Positions 54,381 through 64,000 of a DNA stretch of 64,000 bases are shown piece after piece. Source of the DNA: Kudoa neothunni. Its lineage: Eukaryota; Animalia; Cnidaria. Location: assembly GCA_964304625.1 (NCBI GenBank), contig OZ199839.1, positions 6,215,200-6,279,199 of the forward strand. The letters are read 5' to 3'. A program made the translations under genes and the position numbers. The notes beneath the pieces were generated by a model. It had not been told where the DNA came from and ran no database searches. It was given only the letters and a program-made list of their open reading frames with translations. The first letter of the stretch is position 1. Every line of letters starts with the position of its first letter.

Positions 54381-57300
54381 ATGATTTTATCATCGTTTAA
54401 ACAGAGATTTGTCCTAAAATTATGTTTGTTTATTTTTTCACGTATTCACTCAAATTATTTCGTACTTTTAATATTTATTAGCAATAATGAATAAATTGGT
54501 TTCTACACAAGATATTGATAATAATTTAATGAACTTGAATTTTTCGCCCGATCAAAATAAATACGTTGTTTCTTTAGCTGGTTATCACATTCAAAATAGC
54601 TACAGAAAATGTTCCCTACAATATTACGGTAGTAAGACTTCCTCTTTTAAAGCTATTCCAACGTGCAATACTGATATAACGACTGCTAATGCAAACGTTG
54701 ATTTCACTTCAGAGAAATGCATCTATGATTGTAAAAAAGTGGAATTGAAATTCAATTGGGACCAAATTAAGGAAATGAAATATTTAAGATGGTGTCAAGG
54801 AAAAGATGAGGAAGATGTCAAAAAATGTCCCTTAAAGAAAGTTTATAAAATCAATGGTAATTTCGATACATATGCCATTATAAATAATTTTTGGTTAGAT
54901 ATATATCTTAAATCTACATTGGGGGTAGATCGTGCAATCGGTCAATTTACTGTGCGCATAAAAACTAAAATCGATAAGGGTTTCATTCTCAAATCTGACT
55001 CTATTGATGAAGTTATTCATGCTGCAACTAGCCGTTTTTACACGGTAGAATCAATTCAACTAAAAACAAAATCATATCAACCAAGATATATTGTTCAATT
55101 TAATGATAATTCACCTGAAATATTTCTGAATCCCAAAAAACCTGTCGAAGATTGGTTTATTGCAACGGGGTCAAAATCAGGATCTGAATCTATGTATTAT
55201 TTCACAATAATACTTCAAAATCCCGAGCCGTCCAAGATGTGTTACTTTGGAATAAAACATATTAACGACTCACACTTTTCATCTTATTGTTCTATAATGA
55301 GTAAAGCTGGTCCGTGTTTTCAACCTTGTGATAAGGCGACATTATTCTATGATTCAGATTTGAATTTTGCTCAAGTACTTGTAAAATCAGTTGGACAATT
55401 AAGTTCAAAAGAATTTATTCAAACTATTATATGTATTCCATAATTATCTCAAAATTTTATAAAATTATGTAGTTCGAAGTGAACATCCCACCGACGCTTT
55501 TTCGGCTAAACAAAATGATCAAGTTAGGATTGATCTATCAGAACTAAACAAAAATGGTGAAGACCAAAATAAAGTTGACAAAGCACAAATTACAGAAATG
55601 AAGATAATAAAAAAGTTTATGGGAACAGAAAGTATCGGAGATGATGCAACCTGTACAGATGACTGTAATGAATTCGCTTCAAAAACTATAACGGGGCTTG
55701 AATCGTTAACTGAATACATTTTAAAAGTGAAAATAAAGGGTCTAACAACAGTAGATTCGCTCGAAGTGGATCATTATCATGGTTACTTCTATTTCAAAAC
55801 TACAGGTAACAACCAAGATAAAAAAATATATATCAAATTATTTAATAGGGAGGGATTTTATTTATAACAATCAAATTACACCTAGCGCAGATAATAAGGT
55901 ACATACAAAATTGACTTTAACACCGTCCAGTCTTTTTTCTACTGGATCTACCAACGCCAACGATGCAAAATGTGAACTATTTTATTCTGTTGGAAATGAG
56001 AAATCCCAATTTCCTGCTACTTGCGAAAGAGATGCAAAAAGATTTTTTTGCTCAGATATCTGTAAAAATGAATTCACCATTATAAACCTTGATCCAGAAA
56101 CAAGCTACAAAATAACTATCTGCTCCAAAGGTTATACATGTGCTGAGAGTAACCCTGTATCGAGTAATTTTTATGTAAGTCAAATTTTTCTTAGTTTAAA
56201 TAGCAAGTGGTAGTACTGTTACCATAATTAAATCAGACGTAACTACAGCACGAAAGATCGAGGCTACAATGTCTGCTGCTCCTAATGGAAATATTGTGAA
56301 TTCCTGGCGTTATATTTTATTGGAAGAAAAATCCAAGAAAATTATAGTGGACTGTTTAAATATCGTTTGTGCTCTTGAAGCGCAAACAGATTTAGGATCA
56401 AAAAAACTAAACGTTCCATGGGCTACTATTGACGCAGAAGTTTTATATGAATTAGTTGTGATAAATATGAACCGTGCAAAACCAGTCAAAAAGAAGATAG
56501 AAAGTTATTAAAAAATAAGCGGAATTAAATATATTTAATTAGGAGCCACCGAAGAAGAGACAAGCGAGATGATTCTAACATATGATAAAACACGAAACAA
56601 TTATAAAGTGAAATTTACAAGTGCTCTGTTCGAGAACAATAATAAACAATGCACAATTAAAAAATCTGACAAAACGCTGTCTGCATACATCAATGCTGAT
56701 GATGGTAGTTCAGCAATTGAGAAAACTTGCAACCAACTTAAAACTGCTTTTAATATTGACCTTAGTAGTGGAAACAAGCTGGCTTATATTTCAGTTACGT
56801 ATTCGGACACGAAACCTTCTTCCCCTATTAAGCCACCTAAAAGTCTATCAAGTCTCGCTAAAGAAAATAATGAAGAAACCTCCCATGGTAATTACGTAAA
56901 TGTGGAAAAAGCTTATATTTCTAAATCTATCATAGAAAGGTTAGAAAGATCGCTTCCTGATAGCCTTAGCGTACCAGGGGGGCAAAGAATCGATGGGCCA
57001 GCTGATTTACAAGGAGCTCCAGTAAATGGAAATCCAAGTCATGATAGCAACGGAACCGAGAAAAGTGAAACTGCAAAAATTGAAGATAAAAAAAAAGATG
57101 CGATAAAGAAAGAGCAAGAGGAATCAACGCCACCACCAAATATCAATTTTACTGCAGGGAAGGTCTATTCGTATTACATAGGTAAATCTGTTTTGGGAAA
57201 TTATATAATGTTATTAAGATTTTTACGAAGAAATAACGCATGTGGCAGCATTACAGGGAGATAAAATAAAATTAAATGTTAATAAATGTTCTTTAAATTG

Positions 57301-60300
57301 TGATGGGTATAATGATAAAAGGAAGCTAGGTTCCTTCTCCACTGCTACAACTGGGTCACCATGTAACAATGATAGTTGTGCATTTCAATTCGACGAATTA
57401 GTTGAAGACTATTACATAAGTTGTCCTAAATATTTTGACTTTCATTATTTTTATGACAATACATTTGTGAAAACCAATGCACCATTTTTCAATAGATTTT
57501 ATTATGAATTAGCTGTCAGTGATCCAGTTAATAAGTTAACGATAAAATTGGTTAACGAACAACCTTCTGAAATATGCACATTTGAATGGATTGACGCAAA
57601 TGCATCATCTTCTAATAGATTTTTCTCAAACACTTGTGAGAACAATTCCAACTGCGTTTATAGTTTGTGCAGTAACGTTACGTTTGGAGATATTCCAACA
57701 GATGTAAAAGCAGTAAAAATACGTGTTCTCAAATTAGAAATGAGGCCTATTGTTGGCTATCAAAATAACATTTATCTTTGTAATCGTTTAAATGATGTAT
57801 TATATAAATATATATTCTAGTGAAACATGGTAACGATACTTCCGTTACTTCATCCGATAATAATATAAACATAAACATTAGCACTAATAACAAAGATGAA
57901 GATGGTGCAGCACTTACCACTGGTACCGCCCCAACATGTCAACTCAAGATCTGGAATGTATACGCTCCATTGTTTAAGGAAACTGAAAGGAAGGATGTTG
58001 GTCAACCTAATAGTTGTAACTTTGGAAAAATGATCATTACACCAAATCCAAATGATTTACCAAATGATATTATGATAACAATAGCAAATATACCGAGTTA
58101 TTCGCCTAGAAAATACTTTTATCATAAAACTGGTAGTTTATGTAGATTTTGCAACTTATTTTACAAATATAGATCAAACAACTACTCTTTCTGGTGGGTC
58201 AATATCGGCTACGCCAGCAACAAATGGATTCACACTTACTCCAAGTTCTACAGTTTCAGAAAGCACGTGCTCCATTTATGTGAGAGAAAAGGATAAATTA
58301 TATTATTATCCAGCTATATGCACAGAAAATGAATTGTGTATAAAAAAAGTGTAATTTGCAGTTTACTATCATTGGATTGTACTCTGGCGCCCGACTATGA
58401 TATTAAGATTGTACCTAGTGGCCAATATAAGGTTCATACTCTTGAGGGCCAGAAAACAAGTAAAAACATTTGAACTTTTTGTGGATAATAATAATAATAA
58501 TTAGTTGGTAAAACAATTCAATTCATAATATCACCTGAGTCCAAAAGAAATAATCTTAAAATAATATCGAAAGAAAGTATCGAGAATGATTCCCAGTGCT
58601 GACTGCTATTATCAATTTTATATGCATAAAGAAGGAAACAGTAATAATAAAAATATTTAATTCTTTAATTTAGTATTTAGCTTCATCAACAAATATACAA
58701 CAGTCTTGCGTTGAATGTGCTGATTCATCGAGTAGTCGAAAAAAATGCAATGATATTCAGTTTGGTTCAGGCTTATATAATAATAAGCATAATTACAGAT
58801 TAATGATATATGTAAATAACAAATCACCACCATTTTAAATTAGAAATTCCAGGTAAAAAAAATATAAATATTTTTTAATATTATGAGTAGCTTTTTCCCG
58901 ACATGGGAAACTACATCAAAAGTTTGAAAAAGCAGTTAACAACGATATTGGGAAAATCTATGTTAAATTATCAGATTTTCCAATTGGGGATAAATGTGCC
59001 CTAAAACTATCCAATTTCGAAGATGTCCACAATTTTTTGAAGCCAAGTTGTACAACGAACACTGACAATAACTTCTGCATAACTGAGTGCACGTCCCAGA
59101 ATATTGAAATTGGATATGTTAATTCCAAAATTGATCGTTATCTATCAGTATGTTATGGCATAGATGATACTGATGCGAAATCCTGCAAAAAATCTAGAGT
59201 TTTTCCAATTATAATGGGTAATTATAATAAATATTATTTTAATAATTTAGTGATATTGGCATATTATAATTCAATGTTTTTAGATTATAATCAAAAGCAT
59301 ACTTACTCTATAGCTCATACAGATGGTAAAGTTCGTTTTTCCTACAAAACAAACTCAAAAACCGAATGGACGGTGTATGCTGATGGAGAAAAAGACTCAT
59401 TTAGCGATTCAGAAAAAACCAACTTGGACGTTACCAGTTACTCTGATTCAATAACAGATAAAATCTGCAAGTTTCGTTGTTGACAGATATATGAGTTACT
59501 ATAAAATTAACTCAACACTATTGTGGCCAGGAATTTATTATTTTACGAATACTACCCTATTTAATGACACTATTCCTCTAAAATCAGAGATTATATATTC
59601 CATTTCAGCCGTTGAAAATAACATTAATAACTTGAAAATTCGATTTTCTCCTGGTCCCTATAATGACGAAATGTGCAAATCACTATATTTCAAGTAGATT
59701 CTACTGGCAAAGATAAAACAGAGAATGTTTTGAACGTCTGTGAAAATAAAGAGAATGGTTGCTATCAACTTTGTCAAGATGCTATTATTAACTTCACAGG
59801 AGACCATCAAAATGTTGGGTGTGATTGTTAAAAGAAGATTTGATTCGGCTGGTTTCAAACAATACTTTAGAAGTAATTGAAATCCAACATTATTAATAAA
59901 ATTTTTTAGGAAACGATATTGGTTATAACCTGACAGAAATCACAAGCAACAGTGTTAAACTTACTGGGCTTCAAAATTATAAAAAAAATTAAAAAAGAAA
60001 AATAATCCTCAATGCACAATTAAAATATCTAGAGCAAATACTATATCTACTAACACCATGGGCTCGATGTAGTGGTGGTGAATGTAATAAAAACTGCGAT
60101 GAGTCATATTCGATTACTGGCCTCTCAGCTGGTACAAGTTATATAATTACAATAAAAGTTACAAACCTTGGTGTGAATAATGATTATATCAAAAAAGTTT
60201 TCTTTAGAACAAGTAAATGTAGCTTGTGATCATATTATTAATTGTATTTAGTTGATGGAGAACAGCTAACAGAATCAAATTCTCCAAACGCTATCATTGC

Positions 60301-61443
60301 AAGCACTGCTACTATTATACCTTTTCAAGCAGACAATTCGTTCTCATTGTGCAGAATTTATCTACAGAAAAAAGATGATTCAAATGCAAAATTTATGGCT
60401 TCGTGTGAAGAAACAGGAATCTGTGAAAATAAATGTGGCAGTTCATTCAAAATCGTTAACCTAGAATTGGGAATAACATACGATGTTATTGTGGAGCCAT
60501 CTGATGGCAAAAACCTAAGAACCTTCGAATTTGCTACTAGTATTAGATTTTTGAATTTATTATTATAAAATAATTAATAGTTAACGTCGATACATCGGTT
60601 ACTTACACATCTTATGGTGATAGTGGTATAGCAATTTAATGTATTGTTTACTGAGAAAAAGGAAACTTCAAAATGCCCGTTTATGTTTGCACGAAAAAAA
60701 CAGATGTTGGCAAACCAGAACCAATAATTTTTTGGTGTAATGACGATGAAGAATGTTCATCCAACGGTTGTAATATTGGTATCTACGGATTATCCAGGGA
60801 AAAAGATTATAGGTTGACTGTGAAAGTGAAGGATTTATCGAAATATAAAATTCACGAGATTCCATGTAATTTTGAAATTAATATCTAACTTATTGTTTTT
60901 GGTTAACTAATAATATGATGTATTGAAAGACTCAAAAATATCAAAACATTCAGGGTAAAAAAAAATATTTTTAAATTATTTTAATATATTGTTTAGTAAA
61001 TTTTTATGGATTATTTTGAAACTAACATACCAGCAGAAGAGCAAAATATAAGAAGTGAATATACAAACATTGACGTAGGTGATATTTTTCAGAAAAAGAT
61101 TATAAAAGTTGCACAAGGGGTACATTGCATACTTTCGAACTTTTCTAATATATTTTTAGTAAATTATGATAATAAGCTGTTTTAAAAAATCTGTAGATAG
61201 TGAAAGAAAGCACGAATATGAGGCCGCCAAGAACAGTCATTCGTATTTTAAATAATATTTTAATTTTTAAATTAATTTAATTTAGGTCTGTTGGAAAATA
61301 CATGTAATGATAATTTTGTGTAATCTTTTGGAATAATTCTTTCTAGCTGTTACGCAATGATACCAATCGTAGGAGCATTGCTAGTAGTGATAGGTTTGGT
61401 CATGTTCCGAAGGAAACCCCAAGACGTTGCTTACGATTTATAA
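54381..61443 (+). CDS. Large Cys-rich FN3-like type I membrane protein, paralog 3
   Basis: Exon 1 MILSSFKQRFVLKLCLFIFS|PIMNKLVST; same introns; FN3-like ITGLESLTEY, IINLDPETSY, ITGLSAGTSY, IVNLELGITY, IYGLSREKDY; TM ICYAMIPIVGALLVVIGLVMF; tail RRKPQDVAYDL*. Several +1 indels (~58345, ~58391, ~59462). Confidence 0.88.
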
Positions 61444-61523
61444 GCATACTGTAGCAGAATATATTATTAGAATACGTATTATTTTCAAAATTAATAACAT
61501 ACGTATTTCAATCATTTTATATA

Positions 61524-62475
61524 CAGTTATGCCTCGATAATGCGTAATTTAATTTTATTAACATTATGTGATCTTATTCACTAAATAAAACATAAATCAT
61601 ATTCAATATGCTTGAATAATTAATTCGACAAAGGAACTTAAATTTTCAACAAGCGGATATCCAAAAATTAGGAAGAACTTTGTGTCTCGATATTGCGTAG
61701 CTCATTATTTTTGTTTTAATTCTTCTAGTCTGCTGGCTGCATTATAAAAAGTTTGAAAAGATCCCAAAGAAGTAAAGAGAATAAAAAAAATTATTATTAT
61801 TAATTCTTCTACAATTATATCTGATGCTGAAGCTATGATTTTAAAACGTTTAGGTTTAACAAGCTATTTTAACTTCAATATTGTTCGATAATTTAAAACA
61901 GGTCATTCCACTCTTGATTGAATCTTGGTTACCAAGATTAAATGTTCTACTTAAATCTTGAACCGCCCAGAAAAGTCTATAAACCTGGAAACTGTGAAGA
62001 TATTGACACTAATTTTTAAATTCGGGTAGTTTCAATGCAAGAAAATAAATTATATTACCTGGGTTTATAATTTTGAAAAATCTTATATTATTGTCAATGT
62101 TATTTTAATAAACAATTTTATCGAAAACAATGATGGTTTAATAACTTGAGAATACGTTACGGTCTGAAAAACTTTAAATTACACAAAAAACGAGGATCGC
62201 TGATTTTAAATGTATTAGTCAATGAATAAGTAAGTCTTCTGAGAATGTATCGAGATACAACCCGGAATGCATATTAAATTTGGATGACAAGGCTCATTTT
62301 TATGATCAGCTGATACAACACACGTAAATCACCAAATATAAACACAGTGTAAAGGGTATAAAACAATTCAAGGTGTATTACAGTTTTAGCCAATGATTAT
62401 TCACCGAAGAAAAATTTCCTTAATACATAATAAGAAAATTTAAAAACCCCGGTGTTCTAATAGAATTAAATGCTT
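61524..62475 (+). mobile_element. pogo/Tigger relic
   Basis: TA|CAGTTATGCCTCGATAATGCG terminus; degenerate CKGIK...ITVL...IIRKFKNPRC at the start of the DDE_1 region. Confidence 0.5.
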
Positions 62476-62480
62476 TCCGT

Positions 62481-64000
62481 TTAACCCATACCGGGTCCAA
62501 TGTTTAGACTTTATTATTTGATTTATATATACATATTATATCATTTATTAACAATACAGATGTAACAGATTTTTTTAAAAATGAAATATTTAATGATTTA
62601 CAATAAAATTCATAATTGGCCCAAAACGCAATGAAAAACTACCGACGTTTAACTTTCTAATAGCAAGTTTGTGTTTGCGGTACACAAAACATATGATTTA
62701 ATGTGAAAAAATAGGAAATAATTATACCTTATGGAATTTTTTTGAACATTTTATATACGTGTAACATTTGCAGTTGATACATAAATGTATTGTATTTTTT
62801 TACAAACTATACGTCTGCGTTTCTTTTTTGCACAATGATTACACTTCAAGTTTTGATAAGGACGATGTTCTAGATAGTTTTTCATGATCATTAACGCTGA
62901 TTAAACATGTTGCAATATTTCTGATATGTTCCAACAATTTTATTTTTTCATCATTTGGATAGGTAACCAATTTATAGAAGTTTAGCACCACCAAGGATAA
63001 TATATTCGTAAACAGGGCCAATAGCATATTTAGGTCTTTATATTGAGTATGTAACATGAAAATGAAGCATCGATGACATCGACTCCTCCCATATATTTTG
63101 TTGGCAATGTCTATTGGCCCGAACAAAATGATTTATTTAATTTTCGAGCTTTTTATTATAGCAAATCTGTGTTGTCTGATATAAACAACATGCAATTGTT
63201 TAATTAATTTTTTTATCGAGTTATATAGTTTAAAAATAGGCTGCGACTATTGGCCCTGACGTCTTGCCAATAGACACTTCCTATACATAAATTTACTGAA
63301 TTCAGTATAGTTGTTCTTTGTTATATTATGAGCTATTAACAGATGTCTGTTTATACCGTCAGTTATTCGCTTAACTGTCATATCTTTAAAAATTTTTAAC
63401 CTCCATAAATTGCATTTGGCCATTCGATTCTCGTTTGCTTCTTTAAAACAACCAAAATTAGCTAACATTCATTATGAAATTTTAATAAACTTATATAATA
63501 TAACACAAATTCTTTAATAATAAACCAAAAAATAATGATAAAATTCTAAAAATGTGTGATGTACTTCATGCGCTTGACGTGACACGCGTAGAAACCCTAT
63601 TCGTAATTTCTAGGATTGGGCACGCGGTACTGAGGAGGATACAATGCTATAAATCAACTATAAAGATAATTTATTGTGGGGTAAATTTATCAGTTATAGA
63701 AAAATTCGTATGTTTTCTGACAATTACATTGTGTACTTTTCGTTCAATATCCGTTTGATGTTTATTACTATTTAAACCATGATATTTCAAGTAATGTCTT
63801 AAATCAGACAAATAAGAGAGAAGGAAATTTTGAATGGGATAATTCTTCGTCCTATGCATCAAATTTGTGAAATTTGTCGTCTCTGTACCAGTTACGATCA
63901 CTTATAAAATCATTAATATTGGCGTCATTTTCAATATTGTTTCCACTCCACGCCATCGTTAATTTTGTAAAAACTTTATTATTTTTTATTTTTTTTTTAA
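62481..64000 (-). mobile_element. Probable piggyBac relic (runs off window)
   Basis: TTAA-CCC terminus at 62481; minus-strand fragments DGINRHL... and GRSRCHRC resemble the piggyBac C-terminal Cys-rich region. Confidence 0.4.

Noticed and set aside
30173-60888. Operon-like run of many short same-strand ORFs, or an alternative genetic code with stop readthrough
   Set aside because: The stops fall inside 35-50-nt GT-AG introns conserved across three paralogs, or follow 1-nt indels. The standard code translates MCM5 and TRAPPC2 correctly.

Overview
Very AT-rich eukaryotic, metazoan-type genomic DNA (MCM5 begins MSGFD...) with tiny GT-AG introns, mostly 35-60 nt. This is why the ORF track is fragmented. 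The compact introns and dense DNA-transposon relics resemble a reduced parasite genome such as a myxozoan (inference only). The left third holds a partial proline-rich gene, a roughly 18-exon orphan gene convergent with a PTTG1IP-like PSI/TM gene, MCM5 and TRAPPC2 (sedlin). These sit among nested hAT, piggyBac, pogo/Tigger, MULE, Helitron and SINE relics. The main signal is at 30-61 kb: three tandem paralogs (~7-8 kb, ~22 micro-introns, ~2,000 aa each) of a type I membrane protein I do not recognise. Each is built from Cys-containing FN3-like modules on phase-1 exons, with one hypervariable loop (57/89/118 aa), a C-terminal TM helix and a short Tyr/Leu-ending tail. The paralogs are mosaics that share near-identical tracts in different pairings, suggesting segmental gene conversion in a candidate variant surface-antigen/receptor array. 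All three carry single-base indels, mostly in homopolymers, which may be assembly errors.
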